64,000 nucleotides of DNA. It comes from Octopus vulgaris (Eukaryota). How positions within the stretch are numbered: the first letter of the stretch is position 1; each line of letters begins with the position of its first letter. Under the pieces are notes generated by a model. It was not told the DNA's origin. It was given only the letters and a program-made list of their open reading frames with translations, and made no database searches. This document shows, piece after piece, positions 25,690-38,048 of this stretch. The stretch lies in NCBI GenBank assembly GCA_951406725.2, contig OX597817.1:171802001-171866000 (forward strand), given 5' to 3'. Position numbers and translations under genes: made by a program.

Positions 25690-25790
25690 CTCTGTCTATC
25701 TTGCTCTCCCTCCTTCTGGCTCACCTCTCTCTCTCTCTCTCTCACTCTCTCTTTTTCTCTGTCTATCTTGCTCTCCCTCCTTCTGGCTCA

Positions 25791-25822
<32 letters not shown>
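25085..25822. repeat. Minisatellite: 11 copies of a constant core separated by variable (CT)n
   Basis: Core CTCTGTCTATCTTGCTCTCCCTCCTTCTGGCTCACC counted 11 times. Confidence 0.95.
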
Positions 25823-25826
<4 letters not shown>

Positions 25827-26702
25827 CAGCGGACACTGATAGAAAATAATCCTGATTTGTGCAAAACACTTTTGTTTCTGTCAGGTTGATGGAACAAATA
25901 ATTGAATTTCCATATTATTCCTTGGCAATTCTTAGCCATGCAAATAATATCATTAAGTATTGATTTAACCCCTTCCCAAGCAGTCCAAGAATAATAACAA
26001 ACAATCAAAACATAGGGATCAAAAAGAAACACAGGAAGAAACATACAAACAATATTGGCTGCACATCTTATAAATCTACAATTAAGATCTTATTATATTT
26101 TTCATAGTACAACCATATTGGCCATTTATGAAATATGCAAGCACGAGTATAAACAGCTGCCTGCATTCACATCTGCATGCACATGTGCATTCACATATCT
26201 ACGTGCACATACGAAAACAAATGCATCATTACAATTTCGTTTTTATTTATGTTTTGGTTTTGATCTGGAATAAGAGGCGATAGGTAGGTGGAACTGTTAA
26301 GCCCTGTAAGACAATTCACCTACGTAAAAGCTACTCCAGAGTAAAACCTACAAGTTGCTGGTCACCACAGCCATTTTAGCCTACTGAGCCATTGTGGTCA
26401 GTCTTCCAAGTCCAGAGTGGGATCAAATTGCACAAACTAACTCTTACTTTAAAACTGTTAAGTACAGGCAGAAAGAAAAACTTTGCAGTGTGAAGAATTG
26501 GTTCAAATAGCCACTTGAGGATGTACCACTCTTCCTCGTGACCTTTGGCCATAAAAATACTGCTGTCATCAAGAGGCTATATCTATAGCCATTGCGGAAT
26601 CTCTAAGACTAGTGTGACAGTTGTTCTGCTTGAATTACTTTGAGTCAGCAGCAGGAAGGAAAATATATGCAAGCATGGAGGGAATACAGAAAGTTGCATC
26701 TC

Positions 26703-27040
26703 CTAAGATGAAGGCCTGAGAATTGTGGTCACTGCAGAGCTGAGGTGGTTTGGAGACAGTTTTTCATGGTTAGAGGAGGGCTGAGTCTCTGAGACAGTTA
26801 TGAGTGCCAGAATGGAGGTAGCACAAGATAAAGAATTGGTAACCATGTGGTCCAGTACTACATAGTTATGGTCAAGTGACTGACAACTAAACCACCCCAA
26901 CTGGGCCTGCCCAATGTGGAGGGTGTGTGGCCACCCAGTAGGCTTAAAAAGACTTGTCAAAAGTAAATGAGCCCCTAAAAAGCCAATTGCACCCATGTCC
27001 TGGGAAGGAGATGAGCACCACCAAGATTACCAAGCTCCGT
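26703..27040 (-). pseudogene. Decayed LINE AP-endonuclease fragment
   Basis: Broken frames give LGNLGGAHL...GAIGFLG...VVLDHMVTN...SSNHEKL, echoing the APE order GDFNA...IDH...SDH. Confidence 0.4.
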
Positions 27041-29205
27041 GACATATTTGAATGGATGTGACATCATCATCATCGTCATCATCATTTGATATCCATTTTC
27101 CATACAGGCATGGGTTGGACGGTTTCACAGGAGATGGTAAGTGAGATGACTGCACCAAAATCCAACGTCTGGACACCAATATTTAATTCTATAATTAACT
27201 GGTCAAGGCTTGGGTCATAAAGAAACCAAAAGACCAAGAAGGTCAGAAAAGAATGATGAAATATCTTGATAATCAATAGCAGCAATTCAATGGGAACAAC
27301 TCAAATTGACTGAAAGAGAAGGAAGAAGCTTGCAGCAAGGGATGTTTGCAACATAAGTTTAAATCCCAGCAGAGGCTTTTCATCTCATTTCATTTCTTGT
27401 ATATCATCAGTCTGTAAAGAGATAGGATCTATTAGGCTCTCTTGATTTTGACACATGCTATATGATAATCAAAATCAATATGATAGCAGTATAAATAATA
27501 ATAACCAAAATGATTAACAACTGATGGTCTAGTGACCTATAAAGAAAACCAAATGTAAATGTAGCGAAAGCACAGAAGGCTTTGAATACATTTACAGACT
27601 GCAGTTTAGACCCGGTTTTGAAGTACTATAACCAGAAAAGAAACAAATATTCCTGTGGCTAGGATACTATCCAAAAAATAGTTAAACAGACAAGGGATGG
27701 ATCCCTTTCGACATATGCTGCCAATGCACACAAGATAATATTCTCAGATGATTCTGTACCTAAACCCAACAGTTTGGTGAACTGAGGTACATAAGATAAA
27801 TTGCACTGCCCATATGCAGATTTGAACTCAAGATCTGAGGTAACCCTCTTAAATGAACTAATATTTCTATATCTAATATAAGGCTCTTCTACTTGTCTGT
27901 TTTAGTCATTTCCCTTCTCCACATCCTATAAGTAATTAAATATTGGCATTCTTTTATAGAAATTTTATACAAGAATTTAAGAAAAAACAAACTATAATTT
28001 TTCTCTATCTACTAAAATAGCAATGTAAAATTTCTTTTTGTTTTTGTTTTCTAAGTGTTACATGAATTCTTCCTTCTGTTTTTTTCTTCAAAAATTACAA
28101 ATAGGATTGGTAGACACATATTTATTTAATGTACAAATTAATCTAATTGTTTCTAATTTAGCCCAAGGCCAACAATCTCAAGGGTTGGGGGAGCTACATG
28201 ATTACGTTGACCCTAGCACTTGACTGCTACTTCATTTTATCAAATCCCCCTCCTCCACCCCACCACCACTACAAGAAAAAAAAAGATGCAAGGTAACTCT
28301 GACAGGATTTGAACTTGAAGTGCAGAGAACAATTACTGCAAAGCAATCAATCCAACACTCTAATGACACTGTAAGTCAATTAGTCTAAAAATTTATTTAA
28401 TAATAAATAAAGTTAATTCCTAAAGCAGTGAACTGTCAAAGAGGGTGAAGTGATGGAGTCATTAGAAGATCAAATAGAATGCCTTGTGGTGTTTGTTCTG
28501 GCCCTCGGCACCCTCAGTTATAGCCCATCAGGGAAACCTTCATTTGTCGTCCTTCTGTTGTCAATAAATAAATTTCCACTCCAGAACAGTAGATTAGTGA
28601 AATTAATAGAACATTGGATAGGAAGCTTTGTAGTATCTGTTCCAACATTTTGCATTCTTCATTCACATTTCGTTGTCTATCACTGGCCTTCTCATAGCAC
28701 CAAATGGGTCCCTTAAGACCTTGCTAACAGAGACAGCCCTCCAATGTCAAACAGAATGGTACATATGCTGGTTGAATAACTGTCATATCAATAAAAACAT
28801 GCTTATATGCATAAAGCAGGATAAAAACAAGGAGAGGAAATAGAAAACATTTGATTCTTTAAAGTCTGTTTGGTGAGAGACAAATACATGGTTCAAATCC
28901 CATCAGTGAAGTCTCCTCTTTATCTTTTCAGCCTCAAATTGCAAATCATAATTAGATTTATGCTAAAGTCTTTTCCATCCTATTATAAATGTGATGTAAA
29001 TCGAAAGACAAATGCTTACGATGATCAGAATATGAAACTCTGCAGCTGAGGTTGCTTATATAAACATAACCAACTGCAGAGTTAATATCCCCAAAATGAT
29101 TGGATGAATAACATACATAGGTATATACCTATACACATATATACACATACATGCATATATATCAGTATATTTATCTACCTATATATCTATACATATATAT
29201 ATATA

Positions 29206-29613
29206 TACTCTTTTTACTCTCTCTCTTTTACTTGTTTCAGTCATTTGACTGCGGCCATGCTGGAGCACCGCCTTTAGTCGAGCAAATCAACCCCGGGACT
29301 TATTCTTTGTAAGCCTAGTACTTATTCTATCGGTCTCTTTTGCCGAACCGCTAAGTGACGGGGACGTAAACACACCAGCATCAGTTGTCAAGCAATGCTA
29401 GGGGGACAAACACACACACACAAACACACACACATATATATATATATATACATATATACGACAGGCTTCTTTCAGTTTCCATCTACCAAATCCACTCACA
29501 TTGGTCGGCCCAGGGCTATAGCAGAAGACACTTGCCCAAGATGCCACGCAGTGGGACTAAACCCGGAACCATGTGGCTGGTTAGCAAGCTACTTACCACA
29601 CAGCCACTCCTGC
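29206..29613 (-). mobile_element. SINE family A, full length
   Basis: Reverse complement of the 15060 copy. Confidence 0.9.
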
Positions 29614-30756
29614 TGTATATATCCATATATACATAAGAGTATGTTTATAATGTAAATACAAAACCAGTAGCTTTGAAGGGTTGTTAAAGGTTGATACTTA
29701 AACATCTTTCCATGAGACTAAACAGGTGATAGAAGAATAGATCCCTTTCAGCATAGAATGCCAATATACATAAGATAACATTCTCAGAAGAGATGGTACC
29801 TAAACCCAAAAGCTTGGTGAACAGAGGTATATAAAATTAAGTGAACAGCCAAAATACATAAAATACATTCAGTGGATCTGAACTCATGGTCTGCCAATAC
29901 CATATCCACTTGGCCATTATACTTCTCCAAAATGTACCAGTTACGCACTGGGGTCGATGTAATCAACTTAATTCCTTTGTCTGTCCTTGTTTATCCCCTT
30001 GTGAGCAATAAAGAAATAAATGTCACTGTCATAAAGTAATGACCTTCATTTCCAATTTTCAGTAAAAAGATCTCTGGCCATATGGAAGTTGGCTTAACTT
30101 AAAAACAGGCAATGGTTGGGTACAGGAAGAGCATCTGGCCATAGAAAATCTGCCTCAACAAATTATGCTTGACCCATGCAAGTATGAAAAAGTGGATGTT
30201 AATATGACAACTAAAAAAATTAAATGCATGAATACACAATGAAATACTGTGAGCTGATTTGAACCCAGAAACAATGAGCTGGTAGTCCAATAATTGCTTG
30301 CCCATTCAGCTTCCATATAGACAATAGGTTATTATGATATCATAATTGATAATTCTGTTATTGATTTACCATTAGAGGTAAGTAATAGTTAATGCTGTTC
30401 CCCCTATCCACATTAATATGAAATATGTCGTTATAATTTAATGGTGCATATAAGTGCTTACCATTTGTCACAAAAGGCTACACAACACAAATATGTAGGG
30501 GAGAAGGACAGTTATTTGAATAAAGCTCAATATATGGGTGCTAATTATTTTATGAACTCTAGAAGAAGGAAATGGTAAAGTGAGCCCGTGATGGGAAATT
30601 AACTTTACCACACCCCCACCCCAACCATTTCTGCCTCCAACTGCACTTAGATTATTTTATCGACCCTAGTGGGATGAAAGGCAAGGCTAACCTCTGTTGG
30701 ATTTGAAGTAAGACTATAAAGAACTAGAAACATGTTAGCACATATCTTTATATATA

Positions 30757-31153
30757 CTAGCAGTATCGCCTGGCGTTGCTCGGGTTTGTAAGGGAAATAA
30801 CTATATAAGCATTTTTAGAGAGTTATAGCAAAAAAATAGCAAAAAAATGCATTAAAAATGGAAAAAAAATTATGGTAAATTTTTTTTTAAATCGTTGACT
30901 CATCGTAGACATTTTAGAGAGTTACTTCCCTTATATAATAGCGAAAAAATGCATTAAAATGGAAAAAAATTATGGTAAATTTTTTTTTAAATCGTAGACT
31001 CATCATAGACGTGTGCTAATACCCAGAAGGGCTCGATATGAATCACGACTATAAGATACCCGGTTTTGGTTAAACTCCACCGCAAAATGTGGGAGTAGTT
31101 AGGAATCTAAATCGTAGGAGACAGACACACAACTTGACTTTTATATATAAAGA
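30757..31153 (-). mobile_element. Non-autonomous Helitron
   Basis: A|TC...hairpin...CTAG|T on minus; internal duplication of about 60 bp (30849-30910 vs 30951-31010). Confidence 0.8.
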
Positions 31154-31590
31154 TATTAGAAACAGAGGCATCCTTTGAAAGGATGAAAGACAGATGTGGC
31201 CACAACAAGATTCAAACGTAGAACATAAAGGGGGCATAGTAAAAGACTGAAAGATATTTTGTCTAGCTCCCTAATGTTGAGTTCATGTTTCATTGTCTTG
31301 ACAAGGAGGAATTTCAACCGTGTTTCGTGGTCTGCTACCACAACAGCTCCTTTGTAGGATCCAGTTAGCTCAAGACATCATCAGGAGAAACCACAACCGG
31401 TTTCGGCCCCTACTCCTCTACCGTTTTGACGTGGGGGGGGGGCCCTTTTTTCGGAGGTGTCTTCAGCTCTGGTGTTGGGTGCATGTCCTCTTTCTTCTGT
31501 TCCCTCAACACCTGAATAAACATTTGTACTATGCTGCCCAAGAGGGCAGAAAAAACTCACTACATGGTCACCTATCATGCTAGTAATAAT

Positions 31591-31660
31591 ATCCATCCAT
31601 CCATCCATCCATCCATCCATCCATCCATCCATCCATCCATCCATCCATCCATCCATCCAT
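31591..31660. repeat. (ATCC)n microsatellite
   Basis: Direct reading. Confidence 0.95.
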
Positions 31661-32898
31661 ACATCCATGCATGCATGCATACACACACATGTATATATAC
31701 ACAAATTCTCTTATTCTCTTATTCTCTCCTGAGAAATAGAATTTACTCCCACTTAAATGTGGATGTTCTGTTAGAATAAGCTACACTGAGGTGAATACTA
31801 TGAGAGAAACTCTCATACTGACCTTTGCTGTAACATGCACTCTTGTTTATATCACTAATGGGGAGATAAATCCCCATCATCTTCAGGACTGAGACCACCA
31901 GATCATGTGACTTGAACCTTCTTTGGCTGCTGCTATCTCTAGCAGTCAATTGTCCATCGTTGACACAAAACATACACGATTTAGTGGGGATGAATATTAC
32001 CTCTCAGTAAGATGTGTGTTCTGATGCTCTAACGATTCTGTGAATTCGATAAAAGCAACAGGCCAGAGAGGAAGTCTCTATATGGTTGCTTAATCTACTA
32101 GAAATAGCAGCTGAATGTTCAAATGACACACTCAGCTATCCATTTCAGGAAAAAAAAAAATTAATAGAAAGGTGTATTGAATATGCACCTGGAGAAAGAA
32201 AAGGAGGTAGGCCAACACCAGCAACAACAACAATGTCGTATAATGGTGATGACAATTAAGATAATGATGATGATGATGATGATGATGATGATGGTAATGA
32301 TGATGATGAAAGCAAATTACCATGAAGTAAAACAACAATAGTAAAAAAAAAAGGGGGAAAAAATCCCCCTTAAGTGGTGATGTTAAGTAATAAAGTGTTT
32401 TTATGTCTAATTCACAAAGTAGACAATTGTAGCTGTTTGTAACCATGGCGATAATAAAAATGGGAGGAGCAGGAAGAGGAGGAAAAAAGGAGTAGGAGGA
32501 AGGGGAGGAGAAGGCGGAGCAATATTGCAATATCTAAGAATATTATACTATTCCGTTTTTTTTCCTCTTTCTTCATATTTTTTCGCATTTTTCTATTTCC
32601 TCCTCCTCCTCCCCTTCTTCTTCCTCCCCTTCTTTTTCTTCTTCTTTCTCTCCAACCCCCAATCCCTTCCTTCCACCTCCTTTTCATCCACTCCCTACGC
32701 ATTTTTTTTTTTTTTTCAATACAAACAGATTTATTGAATAAGCGAGGCCATGGAGTAAATGTCTGGGTTTCTAAATAGCTTTACAAATCAATCAGTACAG
32801 ATGGCAGACACCAAAAAGAAAGATGAAATAAGCAGGTTATTAAAAAAATACATGCATTTACAGACATATTTTTTAAAAAAAATATTTCCTTCTCCATT

Positions 32899-32932
<34 letters not shown>

Positions 32933-33139
32933 GTTTATATTTGCACTTAACTTAAACACATGTGTACACACACATCTGCAAATGTAAGCAAACAAAGATG
33001 TACGTTAACACCTGAATAAACATTTGTACTATGCTGCCCAAGACGGCAGCAAAAACGCACTACATGGTCACCTATCATGCTAGTAATAGCAACAAAATCT
33101 CCTTTGAATTATACATACATACATCCACCCATACATACA

Positions 33140-33372
33140 TATTTCTTTACTACCCACAAGGGGCTAAACACAGAGGGGGACAAACAAGGACAGACAAAGG
33201 GATTAAGTCGATTACATCGATCCCCAGTGCGTAACTGGTACTTAATTTATCGACCCCGAAAGGATGAAAGGCAAAGTCGACCTCGGCGGAATTTGAACTC
33301 ACAACGTAACGCAGACGAAATACCGCTAAGCATTTCGCCCAGCGTGCTAACGTTTCTGCCAGCTCGCCGCCC
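33140..33372 (-). mobile_element. SINE family B, young (CpG-retaining)
   Basis: Full head GGCGGCGAGCTGGCAGAAACG and tail GTAGTAAAGAAATA on minus. Confidence 0.9.
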
Positions 33373-33424
33373 ATACATACATATATGCATACACCCACAC
33401 ATATATATATATATATACACACAA

Positions 33425-34505
33425 ATTCTTTTATTCTTTTACTTGTTTCAGTCATTTGACTGTGGCCATGCTGGAGCACCGTCTTTAGTTGAACAAATTG
33501 ACCCCAGAACTTATTGTTTGTTAGCCTAGTACTTATTCTATCAGTCTCTTATCTGAACTGCTAAGTTACAAGGATGTAAACATATCCACATCAGTTGTCA
33601 AGCGATGTTGGGGGACAAACAGACACACAAACATATACACACCCATACATACATACATGCATATACATAGGAGTGGCTGTGTGGTAAGTAGCTTGCTAAC
33701 CAACCACATGGTTCCGGGTTCAGTCCCACTGCGTGGCATCTTGGGCAAGTGTCTTCTGTTTTAGCCCCGGGCCGACCAATGCCTTGTGAGTGGATTTGGT
33801 AGACGGAAACTGAAAGAAGCCTGTCGTATATATGTATATATATATATGTATGTGTGTTTGTTTGTGTGTGTGTGTTTGTCCCCCTAGCATTGCTTGACAA
33901 CCGATGCTGGTGTGTTTACGTCCCCATCACTTAGCGGTTTGGCAAAAAAGACAGATAGAATAAGTACTAGGCTTCCGAAGAATAAGTGCCGGGGTCGATT
34001 TGCTCGACTAAAGGCGGTGCTCCAGCATGGCCGCAGTCAAATGACTGAAACAAGTAAAAGAGATACATATATATATAATCTATATATATATATATATATA
34101 TATGCACACACACAACAGGCTTCTTTCAAATTCCATCTACCAAATCCACTTACAAGGCTGTGGTCGGCCCGAGGCTATAGTAGAAGACACTTGCCCAAGG
34201 TGCCATGCAGTGGGAATGAACCCAGAAGCATGTGGTTGGTAAGCAAGCTACTTACCACACAGCCACTCCTGCACCTAATACACATATTTATCTTTTATCT
34301 TTTACTTTTTTTAGTCATTTGACTGTGACCATGCTGCAGCACCACCTTGAAGGGTTTTAGTCAAATGAATCAAGCCCAGCACCTATTTTTTTTTTAAAGC
34401 TTGGTTCTTATTTTGTCAGTCTTTTTGTCAAACCGTTTAGTTACAGGGATGTAAACAAACCAACAGCAATTGTCAAGTGGTGGTGAGGGAAAAACACAAA
34501 CATAG
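33425..34505. mobile_element. Cluster of SINE A modules in alternating orientation
   Basis: Minus tail 33425-33630; plus full copy 33669-34062; minus head 34114-34276; minus tail 34290-34505. Confidence 0.85.
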
Positions 34506-34782
34506 AGACATACACACATAGATATATATTTATATATATACATGTATGTGTGTGTGTGTGTGTATAAATATGTGTATAAAAAACACATTAAAACTAATGG
34601 TCACTACATATTTTTCCTTTATTGGAGCAAATTTGGCTTACATCTGTTTCCAGCAGTCATTATAGGTACATTACTGACGGATTTACCCAATTGGTCTATT
34701 GATCAATTGAGAAAAAATTGGAAGTCCTAAGAAAGTTAATGCTACTTTCATCAGAGTCCTTTTGATAATTCCTCACTATTAG

Positions 34783-34841
<59 letters not shown>

Positions 34842-34956
34842 TTGTTATCAGTAATAATATAGGGTGAAATCAATTAATTTGGAATAATCATTAATTTCAC
34901 CAAGTAGATTTCGGCATGTAAAAGCCCCATTCGAGGAAAGTTTAAGTAATACTAAA

Positions 34957-35176
34957 TAATTAAGAGTTTAGCAACGATTTGCCTCACCACACACCGAGTT
35001 TAGAAATAGCAGTCAAAGGGTTATAGCTATTCCTTCTACTAAAAGGGAGATCTCAGTAAAACCACAGCTGTGGTTTTACTGAGATCTCCCTTTTAGTAGA
35101 AGGAATAGCTATAACCCTTTGACTGCTATTTATAAACTCGGTGTGTGGTGAGGCAAATCGTTGCTAAACCCTTAAT

Positions 35177-35178
<2 letters not shown>
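34957..35178. repeat. 222-bp spacer-less palindrome inside a (TA)n-flanked insert (34842-35180)
   Basis: Centre CAG|CTG at 35067/35068; 111-bp arms with two mismatches (34965/35170, 35003/35132). Confidence 0.95.
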
Positions 35179-35229
<51 letters not shown>

Positions 35230-36589
35230 AAGAACAGGAAGGCAAAACACAACCCAAAATTGGGCTCAGTAATGAACTCCAGAACCTGCTCTGGTATCCA
35301 GTATCAAAGAATGCTTGGCATGAAACCTGGGATAGGCAAAAGTGCTCGTTATGCAATCATTTTGGTATTTTGTTGAAGCATGTGTATGTCCTACAAAACT
35401 TTGGATAACACATTGTTTTCTGCTTATTATTTATATATATATGATTATGATGATGTTGATGGTAACGATGATGATGATGATGACAGTGATGAAGACAATG
35501 ATGATGATGATTGAAATATGCATTGAGTGAGTTTTAAAAAAATAGTAATGGTGACAACAAAATTTGAACCCAAATGCACCTTACTCATTAATTTAGTTAC
35601 AAATCCTAAAGGAGAAGTTTTGTTATACCCCTGCTTGAAATTTGGTGGCATTGGGTGTGGCAGCACAACCAATACAGCAACCACCATGCACCACTGGTCT
35701 TGAAATCACACAATGAATATTGTCATCATATAAGCTATGTCCTTCTTTTCCAGTCACCCCTGAAAACATGTTCAGATATTGGAAAATATTACCTATCTCA
35801 GAAACAGGAAAAGATTGGTGTAAGGCAGTTGCATCTGGCTGCAAAAAATCTGCCTCAACAAATTTCACCTATTCCATGCAGGTATGGCAAAATGGATGTT
35901 AAGACAATAATACCCTGAGTATAAAACATTGATATAACAGAATCAGAGTAAAAACTTTCCATAAATCAAACACCAGACTTAATTGCTTAAAAATAAACTG
36001 TTGATCACCTGAAATTAGAGGCATTTCATTTTTTTCTTCTTTCTTTCTTTTTGTAAATTAATGATTTTTATTTCTATGTTAGTGGAACTCTTCAACTCAT
36101 GTCTGGAAATCACTTTCCTAATTCAAGAACATTCAAGAATATTTATTTCAAATGTTTGGAGATACAATTTCAAAAACCTCAACAGAACACTATAATTAGG
36201 TGTGTGTATGTGCATGTGCACGTACATACATATGCATACATATACACACACACACATGTATATACATACATATATAAATATATATACACACATACACATA
36301 TATGTGTGGTGTGTGTGTATATAGGCATTCCATAAATTTGAAACATGATCCAAAACAAAGTATGGCAGAATCCAGGTAAAAGGTTTCATAAATCAAACAA
36401 CCGACCGACTACTTAAAAACTAGCACATGTGGTTTTAAATGCGAAGAATTTAATAATAATTTTTTCTTTTTTTCTTTTTCTGATTAATATATTTATTTTC
36501 AGATACACCTGATATTGCGAGCACATACACATTAGTTCTGAATTCACTGGATAACTGGATGTGTGTGTGTGTGTGTGTGTGTGTGCATA

Positions 36590-37004
36590 TACTCTTTACT
36601 CTTTTACTCTTTTACTTGTTTCAGTCATTTGTCTGTGACCATGCTGGAGCACTGCCTTTAGTCGAGCAAATCGACCCCGGGACTTATTCTTTGTAAGCCT
36701 AGGACTTATTCTATCAGTCTCTTTTGCCAAACAGCTAAGTTACGGGGATGTAAATAAACCAGCATCAGTTGTCAAGTGATGTTGGGGGGACAAACACAGA
36801 CACAAACATATACACATACGTACATATATATACATATATACGACGGGCTTCTTTCAGTTTCCATCTACCAAATCCACTCACAAGGCTTTGGTTGACCCAA
36901 GGCTATAGTAGAAGACACTTGCCCAAGGTGCCACACAGTGGGACTGAATCCGGAACCATGTGGTTGGTAAGCAAGCTACTTACCACACAGCCACTCCTAC
37001 ACCT
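36590..37004 (-). mobile_element. SINE family A, full length
   Basis: Reverse complement of the 15060 copy. Confidence 0.9.
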
Positions 37005-37029
37005 ATAAGCAATGAAATTCTGGAAATAA

Positions 37030-37316
37030 TCTGTTGTGTCTGGGGAAAGTCATTTTCTTTTTGTGCTTTATAACATAACACCCTCACCAGTAAAATTTCC
37101 ACTTATTTCTTTTTTATATTTTCCTAAAATTTTCGTTGCATCTTGCAGCCTTTTCAATAGTTTTGAATAGTCTTGACTATTGAAAAGGTTGAAAAGGTTG
37201 CAAGACGCAATGAAAATTTTAGGAAAATATAAATAAGAAATAAGTGGAAATTTTACTGGTGAGTGTGTTAAATTATAATGCACAAAAAGAAAATGACTCT
37301 CCCCAGACACAACAGA
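37030..37316. mobile_element. Fold-back Penelope-like fragment
   Basis: About 130-bp arms 37030-37160 / 37177-37316, each with a hammerhead-shaped motif at the inner end. Confidence 0.7.
37124..37160 (-). ncRNA. Minimal type-I hammerhead variant (U3-A8)
   Basis: Minus: CUA-UUGAAAA-G-GCUGCA(aga)UGCAAC-GAAA-AU-U-U-UAG. Stem I only 3 bp. The plus copy at 37177-37222 has a 9-nt duplication. Confidence 0.45.
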
Positions 37317-37785
37317 ATATGCTTCAACACATGAACTCACATAAAGAATCTTGCAAACCAAATCCCAAAACGAAATATTGTCATAAGTTTATCAAAAACG
37401 TCCATGCCTGTTTCCAGACTTTTAGTTAGCTCTTGATTCACACTTTCTGAGTAATATAAAGCTTTCCTTTCATAAGTCCCGAGTTACCCTAGTGGTTGAA
37501 AAAAAAATTGGGAATGTGTATCATATGTTATACATGGACACCAAGGACAGGCAAAGGGTTTTGTAGCTTAGGCACATAAATCCTACTTTCATGGAGCAAT
37601 GATTGACTCACACTTTGTTTCACATATATGATACGTGGATGTGAGGGACACATGTGCTGTGCATCATGTGGGATGTACAGGATAAGCAGAGGATTAAGAG
37701 AACAGTAACAATCTATGTCAACATCATCAACTAAGATTTTGTTCCATACGTTCTGAGTAATATAAAGTTATCTTTTAACAGCCTG

Positions 37786-38048
37786 TGGAGGCACCTAGCT
37801 TAGTGGTTAGAGTGTCAGCATCATGACTGTAAGATTGTGGTTTCGATCCTTGGACCGGGCGACGCGTTGTGTTCTTGAGCAAAACACTTCATTTCACATT
37901 GCTCCAGTCCACTCAGCTGGCAAAAATGAGTAACACTGTGTTGGACTGGCGTCCCATCCAGCTGGGGAACACATACGCCATGGAAACCGGGGAACTGGGC
38001 CCATGAACCTGGTTAGGCTATAAAAGGGTGCATTTATTTATTTATTAT
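37786..38048 (+). mobile_element. SINE family C2, full length
   Basis: tRNA-like head; AACAGCCT flanks both ends as a probable TSD; (TTTA)n tail. A second diverged copy follows at about 38115-38330. Confidence 0.85.

Noticed and set aside
25085-25822. CRISPR-like repeat/spacer appearance
   Set aside because: Spacers are (CT)n slippage variants rather than unique sequence; no cas genes; eukaryotic context.
34880-34940. Hammerhead on minus in the palindrome's left flank
   Set aside because: A stem and GAAA are present, but no NUGANNA core fits between stem I and stem II.
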